From Azolla caroliniana (taxonomy: Eukaryota > Plantae > Polypodiophyta): a stretch of 64,000 nucleotides of DNA. How positions within the stretch are numbered: the first letter of the stretch is position 1; each line of letters begins with the position of its first letter. Shown in pieces: positions 36,736 through 48,394 of this stretch. The stretch is from assembly GCA_043228905.1 (NCBI GenBank), contig JBHGNT010000020.1, forward strand, positions 3,348,001 through 3,412,000, in the 5' to 3' direction. The translations under genes and the position numbers were made by a program. The notes beneath the pieces were generated by a model that did no database searches, was not told the origin of the DNA, and saw only the letters and a list, made by a program, of their open reading frames with translations.

Positions 36736-37499
36736 TCTTCAGTACTAGCAATATTCTTTCCACACTCCTCATGGGCTTCTTTAGAAAAAAATATGAATGC
36801 TTCCTTCGTTTCACAGTCCTCATGTGTGGAAGATATGCTTCCAGAGTCTGCCTCCGTGCAAAGGTTAATCCTAGAATCTGACTTTGCACTTGTGCTCCAT
36901 ATAGTTCCCGATTTGCTTGATTGCAGTTGGGAATCGGACTGCTCTTGTAAACCTAAATAATGGGATCCCAGAGAATATTAGTATCAACTCACATACTCAA
37001 AAGTTTCCAAACATACCAGCAACTATGAACATAGGGTTAATAGCCACACTTTTACCTATTGTTACATCGTCATACTATACAGTCGTAGACAACCCATTGC
37101 AAGTGGTAGGCTCAGTCATCTTCTCCACAACATCTAAGTGTTCATCAAATTTAGGGATGGTGCCAATTGCAGGTTGGAGTTCATTGTCAATAGAAGATTT
37201 CATAATAGTATCTATAGAATGCACCAAAAGCACCACTATAATGGGGTTGTTATGATCTAAATCATTGTTTTCTTAGAGGGCTTTTGACATGTACCTGGGA
37301 GTGATAAATTCGTCTTCATGATCAAGCTTTGGACTCGTATCTCCCTCATCAAAGATCATTTAGGCACAGAAGCTAGTTGTTCCATTACCTTCCCTGGAGT
37401 GGAGTTGCTTGACACTACAACATTCATTGCAAGAAACAAAAAAACCTTGAACGTTAGTACCGTGATATAAAAAATACAATGTAGGTCACAAGAGCAACA

Positions 37500-38450
37500 T
37501 TACTAAATCATTAGGCTACAACTAGTTCCCATATTACACAACCAGCACTAATCGTGAACAATGTACTACTCACTTAGTTCCCAAATTACACAACTAGTAC
37601 TAATCGTGAACAATGTACTACAAGTATAGTGTGTACTAACACTAGTACTAGGCACGTTGTAATATAGATTGGACTAACATCTAATCCAACCAATACATCT
37701 AAACAACTTCCTACTTTAGTACTAAAGTGGTATTTTGCACACAAGTAATACTAAACGTGATATGTGTTCTACACACCTAATTCCAAATTTACACAAACAA
37801 TATTAATCTTCAACAATTTATTACACACCTTGTTCCAAAATTACATAACTAGTACTAATCGTGAACAATGGACTACACAACTAATTCCCAAATTACAAAA
37901 ATAATACCAATAGTGACCAGTGTACTCCAAGTGAACAAATTCTTACTTTAGTATTAAAGTGGTATTTTGCACCCAAGTAAAACTAATCGTGATATGTGTT
38001 TAACACACCTAATTTCCAAATTACACAAACAGTACTAATCTTCAGCAATTAACTACACACCTTGTCCCCAAATTACATAACTAGTACTAATCGTGAACAA
38101 TGTACTACACAACTAATTCCCAAATTACACAAATAGTACTAATAGTGAACAGTGTACTACAAGTATATTGTGTACTAAACTAGTACTGGGCAAGTTGTAA
38201 TATAGATTGGACAAACAACTTATCCAACAAATACATCTAAACAGCTTCCTTCTTTAGTACTAAAGTGGTATTTTGCATACAAGTAGTACTAATTGTGATA
38301 TGTGTTCTACACTCCTAATTCCCAAATTACACGTTTAGTATTAATCGTTAACAGTGTATTACATACCTTGTTCTCAAATTACATAACTAGTACCAATCCC
38401 GAACAATGTCACACTTGATTCCCAAATTACTCAAATAGTACTAATTCTGG
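37500..38450. repeat. Higher-order tandem array of about 50-60-bp subunits with a duplication of about 540 bp; probably intronic
   Basis: AGTACTAATCGTGAACAATGTACTAC and TTCCCAAATTACAC recur; the block at 37622 reappears at 38161. Confidence 0.85.
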
Positions 38451-38719
38451 AAAATATCCGTTCAACTACCCATGCTAATTATATATTAAGAGTAATACAC
38501 ACCTATCAAGATGTGATGAATGCACCAATACTAACCCACATAAATAGGGTTCCACATATTAGTTGTTGGAGGTACACTAGTACTAACCGATTGTTTTCCT
38601 AATTTGAAGTATGAATTGTGGCCTACACCAGTCCTAAACCAAATGTAAATTGACATCATATAATACAAACAATATAATAGTAGAGCCACATACCGTACAG
38701 GTGTACTTTTAAACCCCAA

Positions 38720-38892
38720 GCATAGTACCATTCAGCAGCAACTGTAGTTTTACAATCCATACATGTATTTTCTTTCTCAAAATGATACTTGGCACATAGC
38801 ACATGATATGTGTGCAAGCACAGTGTAATCACAACATCCATAGCCTCAAGCTTGAATCTGAGGCCACAAAATATACACCTGGTAGTTTGCAA
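38720..38892 (-). pseudogene. RING-H2 zinc-finger exon
   Basis: C-x2-C-x15-C-x-H-x2-H-x2-C-x10-C-x2-C (CIFC...CLHTYHVLC...CMDC). Confidence 0.8.
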
Positions 38893-40989
38893 ACACTAGT
38901 TATAATATATTAGCTAATATGATATTTATACCACAAAAATAAATAAAAATAACTTATAAAGCCAATATCGTGATATAGTTATACTAGTAATGGTATTTTC
39001 CATACCACTTGGGTGCTCAATTACAAATGGACACAAAGTTTCAAAAGCTTTCTGTTTTAAATCCTACATCAAGCATGCAAAGTTCTCAAAATGCAGCTTT
39101 AAAGCTGACAACTTATTATCTAGTTAGCAATGTGCATTTCTGCAAGTATCAAGGTCTCTCATCTGTGATCTTAATTGAGTGCCCATATTGTTCAGCTCTT
39201 TCTTCAACTCCTCTTTCAACACCTCACTTTCTGAATTTTGGATTGTCGATGCAATCCATTCATATGTAGTCTTTATTGAAGAGAATTGCTTTTTTGCTTG
39301 TATCTCAACTGATTTAACTACTTCCACATCAGCAAGCAGTGCTTGTATTCTTGAGCTCATGGAAGCTATGCAACCGGCCATCATCTGTTCATGCTTTTCA
39401 GTCATTGTGGCCCTTAGTTTTGCAGATTGAACTTGGTGGACAAGTGTCGTAGCCGGAATATCCACATGAGAGGTTCCCGATGAATTCAAGCCAGTGTTGG
39501 TACTGGAGGACCCTCTGTAATGTTCTGATCGGTGATGATTAAAATCTTCCCAATCTACGTCGATGCCACCCTGAACTTCACATGCAAATGCATGTGCAAA
39601 AACATTACCCACCTCATTGTTACAGATTTGATTAGTATCATAAAACATGTTCATATCTCGTCTTCAATAAGTTCACATATTCCTTCTTCAAACCACTTAT
39701 GTGGAATCCTCGCCTTGTATTGGGATGTGGTGACCCCCAGGTTTTTATCAACCAATCTCTCAACTCTTCATAAACTTCAGGTCGTGCTCGAAGGAAATAA
39801 CGTCATCCGAGAGGTGTGTCTCGAATGATGGAGTGGCACATCTTCTTCCTCTGAGTTGATGAGTTCATCACCCTTTCTCTTGTGGGTGTCTTCTTGCTTT
39901 CTTTGATAGGCGTCCTTTTTCTTTCCTTCACTGGTGTCTTCACTTTCTCTTTCACCAATGTCTTCTTTATGGGTGTCCTTCTTGTCATTGTCCTGATCTT
40001 CCCTATTCTTGTTGAAAGAATATGCGTGTACAAGAAGAAAACTCATCAAAATACCATCAACAACCAGAAAATCATCATAGCCAACTCAATCTAAGTTGCA
40101 TGTACAAGCCATGTCAAACACACACAAACCCTAAACAGTCAAACAAAAACTCACCATGTCAAACACACACAAAATAAAAACAGACGGACATGAAACACAA
40201 AGAATACGAAACATACCAGTTGGACATGCAGCATAAAGAATACTTGGAGGTCGTACAAGTTGCAGATGGAACGATGCAAGCGAAGGTCGACGCAGAGGTA
40301 CCACACCGTATTGATGTCTTCACCTTGGGAGCCAACCAAGCCAAGGAAATCACCTATATGCAAGAGGTTGTTGACGAGGTCGTGCAGAGGAGACAAACGA
40401 ACATACATAGAGTTCAGAGAAAGAACATCAACAGCAAGAACAACAAGCATAGAGGGGAAACGACAATCTCTGCGTATACAGAGTTCAGAGATCGTAGGAA
40501 AACAGCAACAAAAATCAGGCACAGAGGGAACACAACAAGAATAACGCGGGGAAACAGAGAATCAAAAGTGGAGTGAGAGAGAGCAAGAGAGAGAGAGAAA
40601 GAGAGAGAGATAGGTAATATACATGCAATTGATTTCTAACTTTCTGCCACTGTCTAACTGACAACTTTGAGACAGAAGAGAGAGACCGACCAACTAACAC
40701 ATTCGAAACCTTTTCCAGGTCTGCTTTCGTACAACTCTACCTAGGAGAATGAAGTTATAGTTAATGTATTAAATACGGCCTTGGGACACTTCGATTGTGA
40801 CTTATAATATCTTTGTACATTCGTATTGAATTTTTTATTTGAATTTGAACCTCATTCAATGGATGATAATCCACTATTTTCTGCAGTAATTGTTTTATTT
40901 TCAATTTTTTATGTTTATTTTCTTCCTCAATTTAGTACTAAATTTTTGGCCAAAAGTTGGTACACCGTAGCATGCTTCGACCCAAAAGT

Positions 40990-41258
40990 GGTTTGGTTTG
41001 GTTTGGTACTGGTTTTTCGTTAACGGTTTGGTTTGGTTCTAGTTTTTTCGTAAACAGTTTGGTTTGGTTCTAAATTGTTCGTAAACAGTTTGGTTTCTCA
41101 TACTTCTTGATTGGTTTGGTTTAAACGGTTCGGTTCTTAATGGTTTGGTTTAAATGGCTTCAAATTTTGTAATTGGTTCAGTTTTTTTTATTAATAAATG
41201 GTTCGGTTTGGTTTCAAGGCCAAAAAACCGAACCAACACCGAACCGGGCCCATTGCTA
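40990..41258. repeat. hAT 3' subterminal repeats and terminus
   Basis: Clustered GGTTTGGTT/GGTTCGGTT, then inverted AAACCGAACC, ending GCCCATTGCTA. Confidence 0.75.
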
Positions 41259-41299
41259 ATAACAACCACCCAATGACATCCTCCCCAAGCAGAGGGTAG

Positions 41300-43325
41300 A
41301 CAAGGTGAACCATCATTTGTTGTCATGTACAAGAGAATAAAAGGAGGTAATTGATGAAGCAATCTAAACATGGCTCGGCCAATGGGAGTCTCATTTTGAG
41401 CATTATCCAAGAACTAAGGGGTAAAGTTGTTGCTTGGTAGCGTGGGCTTCCCACTCTTGGGAATTTTCTAGATACCTGGACAGACTTTGTCATAGTTTCC
41501 AAGGGTTAATTTCTACAATTTCCATCTCCCATTAAGGCAGCAGAAGCATTAATGGATCCCTTTAGCCAGAAATATTCTTTGGTCGAGGAATATGTCCACC
41601 ATGCTAAAAACCAAATTCAAAATTTGGGACTTGAATGGGACAATTGGTTAATTGCTTGTTTTGTCAATGGCATCCCGAATGGGGACTAACATTGGATTGT
41701 GCACTATAAGGATCCAAAATCCTTCAAAGAGGCCATTTGTATTTTTCCTCATTATCAATGCACTTTGAAGGACCATAATAAACCTGAAGCATCCGAGAAT
41801 AAGTAGTCAGAATTGACTGGGAACACAAGACACCCAACAAATTCTTGGATTACGATTTCAAGCGACAAAATCCTTTTTGTGTGTTTAGCAAAAAGAAAGT
41901 TCACACAAAAGCGAAATGTCGGAAGCTCCAACGCAAAGAGCACAACAACAAAAGAAAAGTTACAGACCATAAAGATCAATGTCCCGAAGTCCTTGAGTTC
42001 TATACACGTCATTTTAGTAGTTGTAAACACTCTTGCCCTCACTTTATATTGGAACCCAATGACTTACTACACGCAAACGGGTATATTAGTGGATCTCTAA
42101 TACAATGCTTATTTGATTTCGGAAGCTGACATAATTTTGTGAATGATTATTTGGTTCATATATTAGGAATGCAACCCGCTATAAGTGGTCACACCTTTAA
42201 GGTGCACTTCGCTAATGGAAGAGTACAATACATCAATTGGGCAATTCATTCATTGGCGATTTACTTTAAATACTTATATAGAGCAAGTAGATTTCCATGT
42301 AATGAATCTTCATACCAGTCATTAATGTTTATGTAATACTGGGTTATCCCTACTTTAATACTGGGTTATCCCTTGTTCTTTTATAAAAACTAGTATTTAT
42401 CTATTGATTGGATTCACCATCATGTTTACATTCCTCATGTTATGATAAAATATGTTCTTTATCTATTGATTAGGTTCATCATTCAATAATGTTTACAATA
42501 AACGATAGTGTATGTTTTATTCAATGTGCTAAAAAGCAATCTTCTTCCATTTTTCCTCCCCATAAGTATATGAGTCGTCTTGTTCTGCTTTATTTTATTG
42601 TGTACTTGATTTAGACATTCAAGTTTATAATACTAATAGTGTCATAGATCATTTACCTTAATTTGCACAGTAACTACTCAATGAAACCTTAAATAATTTT
42701 CATGATGTTTTTCCAATTGAACTACCGGTAACATGGGTTATCATCTAAAAGTAATAGAGACCATCATTAGATATTTTACTTGGGGTTGCACCAATAAGAA
42801 TACCTTTGTGTTGAATGAGTAGATCCTAAGAGGATGAGATCTCTAAGCAACTTAAGAAATATTTACAAATGTGCCATATATTCTATAGTAAATCACCATG
42901 GGGTTCACTAGTTTCTTGGTAAAAAAGAAAGAATGCACATGGCATATGCGTATTAATTACTAACGTTTGAATAATGTGACGATCAAGAATTTGGAGCCAT
43001 CATATTCATATAAGTGAGGATGATGTTCCTAAAACAACATTTCATACACACTTTGGCATTATGAGTTTTGGCTACGGTCCCATTTCCACAAGAAATGAAT
43101 GAAATCTTCTTAATTCAACTTGGAAAATTTATCGTTATGTTCTTGATTGATATTCTATCTTATAGTCGTACATTAGAAGAACATTAATAGACTAACTAAA
43201 ATGGCTAGATTTATTGCTACGAATTTTTTTGAATTGGCTTGCCAATTCGTTGATGAGTTATTTCGTTTTTATGGGTTATCGATGGATATTGTGAGTGATT
43301 GAGATTTAAAGTTTACAACCAACTT
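41300..43325 (+). pseudogene. Heavily decayed, internally deleted Ty3/gypsy gag-pol relic
   Basis: LFDFGS*HNFV (PR); SKSPWGS..KKKECTWHMRINY*RLNNVTIKN and DVPKTTFHTHFG (RT); IVSD*DLKFT (IN); boundaries approximate. Confidence 0.75.
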
Positions 43326-43617
43326 TAAGTTATTTTATGTGGAAGCTCCTGAACCGATAGTTAATCCGTTATCCGGCGATTGAATAGACAATTTGTTAGC
43401 ACAAACCACAGAGTACACACAAAGAGAGAGAGAGAGACTGAGTGAGCAAACAAATATTCTATTACCAAAGGACTTAGTACTCAATACATAAAATGTGCTC
43501 ACAGAGCACTTTTTATACAAGCCCTGACAAGTGGGCTGACACAAGTACTATCAGTACTTTAATGCTCATAACTAAGACTAACACAAAGGGTCGAATGACT
43601 TACACACAGATTCTTTC

Positions 43618-44118
43618 TATCAATGGGATGTGGTTGGAGATTGGAGTCGGCCAACTTTGCTCACTGATTACTCAAATACCTTATAACACAGACTCAACTT
43701 ACTATACTCAATCACTATTGTTATCAAAATACTAAGTACGATCGACTGTTAGCTATACATATTTTGAGTAAGAGGAATTCAAGACATGAAATAATTGTTT
43801 AAAGCACAAAATATACTCTAACTAACAAAAATTATATTAAGAACTTATAGCAGTACAAATTGATGTTGTTACAATGCACTCTGCCCCTTTTTATAGGCGA
43901 CCCAAGAGACTTTACCAAGAAAATACAATTGACGTTCGGCAAGATCCTACAGTTACAACTAACTGTCCTATTTTTTCTACTTGGCAATAATAATTTTTGA
44001 CTATCTCCTTTCACACTCGTCGGCTATGACTACGACTACGACTATTATTTCGACTGTCATTACACTAGTTTGCGAATCTATATACTTTGACTAGCTTAGT
44101 CGATCGGACCGGCTAACA
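43618..44118 (-). mobile_element. Solo LTR of the Athila-like superfamily inside a copia LTR
   Basis: TSD CTTTC (43613-43617/44119-44123); end ACCGGCTAACA and TATA region similar to 21941-22478; first dinucleotide mutated to TA. Confidence 0.75.
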
Positions 44119-45268
44119 CTTTCTAAGATAGTCAAAGGTTGCCAAGTAATGGAGTCAAAGCAAATCGGACCGATTGCATGTTGAATCGCTCCAAGATTCA
44201 TTGGATATAGTCAGTGAGAACTTTTATACAAGCCCTTTGTCAAGGACTGACTAAAGTACTGACTAGTACTTCAATGCTCATAAAAGAGCTACTGACACTG
44301 ACTGCCTAAAATATTCATATTTCTAAAATAGGAGTATAGGCCTCAAACGACATGTCGGCTCCTAGCCGATCTAGTATTCGGCTTCTCCAGCCGATCCAGC
44401 CTACCAGCCTATAGCCGATTCAGTTCATGTTGAGATTATCTCTCAAAACTTCCCCTCAAGCTCAACTTGAGGTCGCCGTTTGTCAGCTCCATCTAGTCCT
44501 TTGCTCCAACTTCCCCTAGCTTCACGCCTCCTTACTTGCGCTACACGACCCATTTGGTCCCGCGCTCCTCGAGCCGTCCCTCTGTATTGGTGCCAGCTTC
44601 GGCAGCCACCTGATCCGTTTGACCTTCATATGATTTGATTCATCCGAATCATTCCTCTCGTCCGAATTAGTTGTCTCTGATTCATCTCTACCATTAACCG
44701 AGTCAGTTATCTCCGATGCGTCTTTCATCCGGCCTTTGGCTATCTCGGCACAAGATTTTCCAGCTCTCTTCTCCTTTGCGACTCTGCCCCTATGTTCAGC
44801 TGGCTCCAACTCATCTGGTTCATTGCTCCCCCTATCGGTTGGTCTTCTCTTAGCCGATTTGCTTCCTTTAGTTCTCCCTTCATCATCTCTTTCAACTGTC
44901 TCCTCCTCAACTCTCCCCCTCAAGTTCGGCAAGTTGAGATGTTGTAGACCAAGCATACACAAGAAGTGCCCCAACTTGTCAAGTCTGAGAGGGTTGGTGA
45001 AGACGTCAGCTAGATGCCAATCCATCGAAACATACACTAGTTCCACTTCACCAGAGAGAACTCATTCACACACGAAGTGGGAATGCACTTCGATGTGCTT
45101 CTTCCTAGGGTGGAAGACGAGGTTCTTAGCAAGATGGATGTTGTTGAGATTGTCGTAGTAGATCATTGTCGAATCGAACACCTCCACCCGCAGATCCTTC
45201 AATAGTCTTTTTAGCCAAATGGCTTTGCATGTTGCGACAACCACTCCTCTGTATTCATCCTCGGTGCT

Positions 45269-45687
45269 TGTTGTTCTCTGACCGGACAAGGCCTAACACA
45301 AGGTGTCACGGAGACACTTCACCAAAGGGTGATTACGGCATAGGATTATGACTCAACGATTACACCGACTTAAGTAGGTTACACGATTAGAGCGCTTTTG
45401 TTAATTACACGCGTAAGATATAACAGTAATTACAGAACGGAAATCAACACAGAAGTATAAACACCATACGCTCTATTAATTATCCGCTGCGATTACAATG
45501 GGGTCCGGGCCTTTAAATAGGTTTCCGGCCCGTAGTACAAAACGGTGCCTATCGCACCTATTCGGGATCCGTCCGGATCTGGAACGGCATACCGTTTCCA
45601 GTCCGTCCGTCCATACTATGCTTATTTACAACCATACTTAATTAATTCCTTCACTCCGTATTTTGGACTCCTTGCCGGCCGGTAACA
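45269..45687 (-). repeat. 3' LTR (419 bp)
   Basis: Direct repeat of 54681-55100; minus-strand CCTATTTAAAGG TATA-like box. Confidence 0.95.
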
Positions 45688-45689
45688 CA

Positions 45690-45706
45690 TGGCACGCCCG
45701 TGGGAC
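45690..45706 (+). promoter_or_regulatory. Opposite-strand PBS-like motif (tRNA-Arg UCU 3' end) at the PPT position
   Basis: TGGCACGCCCGTGGGAC 2 nt inside the 3' LTR; conserved at 57634-57649. Confidence 0.8.
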
Positions 45707-45739
45707 AGTACCTTGTACGTCGAACCCTTCTCGGCCCCT

Positions 45740-48394
45740 TCATTGTTCACCCAAATTGTCCAAAATACTTTGTTCCAGAGTTTCCAATTGTTCTTCCGGT
45801 TGTGGTTGTTGCGGTTGTGCTTGCTGCTGCTGCTGTGGTTGCGGTTGGGACTGAGACTGCTCCGGCTGCTCCGTTTGTTTCTCTGACTCCGGCATCCCCG
45901 TTTGACTGCTTCCGGTCCGGTCTCCTTCCAGTAACGGTTCCTCATCACTGAGGTTGACCGTAACCGGTTCTCGTGCTTTCTCTTCCCGGATCCGGGACCT
46001 CTCGTAGCTTTCAAACTGGATCTGCGCCTCCAGCCTGTCGTCGTCCAGCTGAGCTACAAGTTGCCGGACTTGCCCTAGTTGGTCCTCTACCAAGGCTTGA
46101 AAGTCTTCGGCCAGCTCATCTCTTATGCCGGTGAAGTCTTCGGAAGTCAGCATATAGCAATCATCTCCCTCCTTCCGCCGGTTCTCTACGTCGGCCCGGA
46201 GCAATTGGAGTTCCGCCGCGTTCGGGGCCCACTTGGTCCACCATTTGACGGAACCGTTGTCAATCAAGCTCTTGGTCTGGTTCAACCAGGCCCGCATGAT
46301 ATCCTGGATGCGACTTGCTCCCATTTGCGCTCTACTTTCCACAACTTGTCGTTCCTCCTTCAACTGCTTGATGAGATTAGCCGTATCCTCCGCCTGCTCT
46401 CTGTAGCGCTTCAGCTGCCCCTGATATGTTGTTTGCAGCCTCTGCAGCACCTCCGCCGCTCTTTCTTTTTCCGCCTGCTATTGCCTGAGGAGCTCTGTCC
46501 GAACCTTCTCCGCCTCTTCCAACCGTCTTCTGGTTTCCGCTTGTTCATTAGCGTATGCCGTTGCGGTCCGATCAACTGCTTGCCGGAGCTCATCCGTCCG
46601 TTCCTTGTGCTCCGTTTGCAACCGTTTATACTCCCGGTGCAAGTGCTCAAATTCCTCCGTTTTTTGTTTGAGCTTGCCGTTGATCTGGCGATGGTTCCGG
46701 TCCTCCCGGTCCTTTAGCTACCGGAGTTCCTCTTTCAGGCGCTCTACTTCTGTTTCGGCATTTCTCCGGAGCCTGTCCTTCTCTTGCAGCATTTTCTCCT
46801 TTTCCTCCTTGAGCCGGTCGTACGCTTGGTGGCCTTTTCGTAAGCCCTCCTCGGCCCGGCGTAGATTCTCAGCAGTCTTTTTGAGTTCTGCCTCCGCTGC
46901 CGTCTTCAACTCTCTTTCGCGGCTCCTCAGCGCTTCTTGGGCAGCTAGCTCATCCTTTAAGTCCGCAAGCTCTTGGGCTTGTGCCGCATTTCTCTCCGGA
47001 ACGGTTTCCGTTGCCGGGGTCTGATTGCTATGTACAAGTTGATCTGACGCTTTATTCTGTACATTGCCCGGAGTCACCGGTGCTTGGACTTGTGTTGTCA
47101 AAGCCAATTGAGCCATTTCCCTTGTGACCCTGTCCAAGTCTTGTTCAAGGCTCCGGATTCTGGACCGGGCCGTCTCTAGATCTACGGTTGTGACGAGCAA
47201 CCGTTCGTGGTGCGCTCTCTCCTCCGCCTCTATGTACTCGACCGCTCCGGCGATCTGCTCGCCTACCCACCGTAGCCACATGCTACTGGTGCATTGCTGC
47301 TGTACTGGTCGGGTCGGCTCGTTCACTGTGGAATTGTCTGGCCTGAGTGCCTGTATCTGCCGTTCTGGTTCTACTCCTTGGCCGTTGTGTGCGCTGGCTG
47401 GGCTCGCCGGCTGTTGAGTTCCGGTTCTCGCCGTCTCCGGAGCCGTTGGAATGACTTCTTGTATAGAAGTCGACAAGGCCGGTTCTATACGCACCGGTTC
47501 CGGTTCCTCCCTTGTGGTTTGCTCAGGTTGAGTTGGGGGCGTTTCTTCCTTTTGCGGGTCCGAACGCTCCCCCGCTGTCCCGGCGGTCCTACTTCTTGAC
47601 CGTCGTTGGAGGTGCTCTACTGGCTCCTCCGTTTCCTCTTCCTGGGTAACGGCATGTATCTGTGCCGTCAAGGGTTCCGGTTCCTTCTGTCCCGGTCGCC
47701 GTATGGTTATCTTAACGGGTCAGACCGGTGACACCTCCTCCGGTTCTGGGAGCCGTTTCTTCCCTTTCGTCGCCTTCGACGCCAGCAGCTGCTGTCGTTT
47801 GGACGCGGGTTTCGAGGTGCTTCCTTCCGATAATCTTGGCCGCTTCTTTGGCTGGACGGTCTCGACCGGCGGCGCGAGCAATGTTATCCACTGAGCTACG
47901 GCATGCCACAGCTTCCGGCCCTCCTTGCCGTCCTTTCCTCGTACCGTGTCGATTGCCGCGCACAAACCGTCTGCAATCAACACCGGCCAATCCACCTTGA
48001 TCCCTTCATAGGTGGCTATGATCATCCCTGCCAGATTTTTTGGCATGACAGGGGGTCGGGGGTACACGTGGCCGTACTCATGGAGCACTCGAGCTATCTC
48101 CCTGAATAGCGGATCATCGCCGCCCTGCGTTCGATAGCCTTTGCCGGCTAGAGAGTACTCACCGAAATATCGGATGAGTTGCTCCGAGGTTGGGTTATCG
48201 ATCTGAAAAATACCTCCCTCCGGAAGGCCTGTTAGCGCACGGATCGCTTCCTCAGTGATGACTTCTGTGTCGAGCTCCTTGATGACCCGGTCGGCTTCTT
48301 TGTGCGGTGGTGCCTCCATGATGGTCAAGAACCCATCCAGTCCGTGTTGCCTGAGCCATTTCCTGGCCGCTTCCGACAGCGTTTGTGGGTCCAT
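45740..48394 (-). pseudogene. Extra ORF3 (about 884 aa): PMD-like N-terminal domain, P/E-rich linker, long coiled coil, acidic/Q-rich tail; three in-frame stops (47720, 46718, 46478)
   Basis: ORFs 47720-48694, 46718-47671 and 45740-46450 share one frame; collinear homology with 57682-60603. Confidence 0.85.

Larger units (their letters stand above)
35872..40035 (-). pseudogene. Multi-exon accessory gene of the Sola2-like element: TPxK repeats, globular domain, coiled coil, RING-H2, 52-aa repeats, basic tail
   Basis: ORF pieces 39803-40033, 39640-39802 (read by hand), 39124-39654, 38656-38892, 36030-36635 and 35872-36084 are collinear on the minus strand; exon structure inferred. Confidence 0.6.
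30459..40983 (+). mobile_element. Sola2-like DNA transposon, 10,525 bp, with transposase and a convergent accessory gene
   Basis: 24-bp TIRs GGGTGGAAGCATGCTATGGTGTAC (30459-30482) and GTACACCGTAGCATGCTTCGACCC (40960-40983), 22/24 match; 4-bp TSD AAAA; 5'-GRG terminus; transposase motifs WSDG..SQFK and HGKGEHDG. Confidence 0.8.
22540..41258 (+). mobile_element. Decayed hAT DNA transposon, 5' end not found; hosts chromovirus 2 and the Sola2-like element
   Basis: Transposase relics SITFDGWSD, RCMVHTFQL, DVVTRWNST (about 29025-29050), EDW, YPTLS and DPLQWW; subterminal GGTTTGGTT/AACCGAACC arrays; terminus GCCCATTGCTA. Confidence 0.82.

Noticed and set aside
38656-38892. Host RING-finger gene
   Set aside because: Lies between the Sola2-like TIRs and neighbouring exons carry stops and frameshifts, so it is treated as element cargo
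45740-48394. env gene or captured SMC/myosin gene
   Set aside because: No transmembrane or signal segment and no ATPase motifs; the resemblance is generic coiled-coil composition
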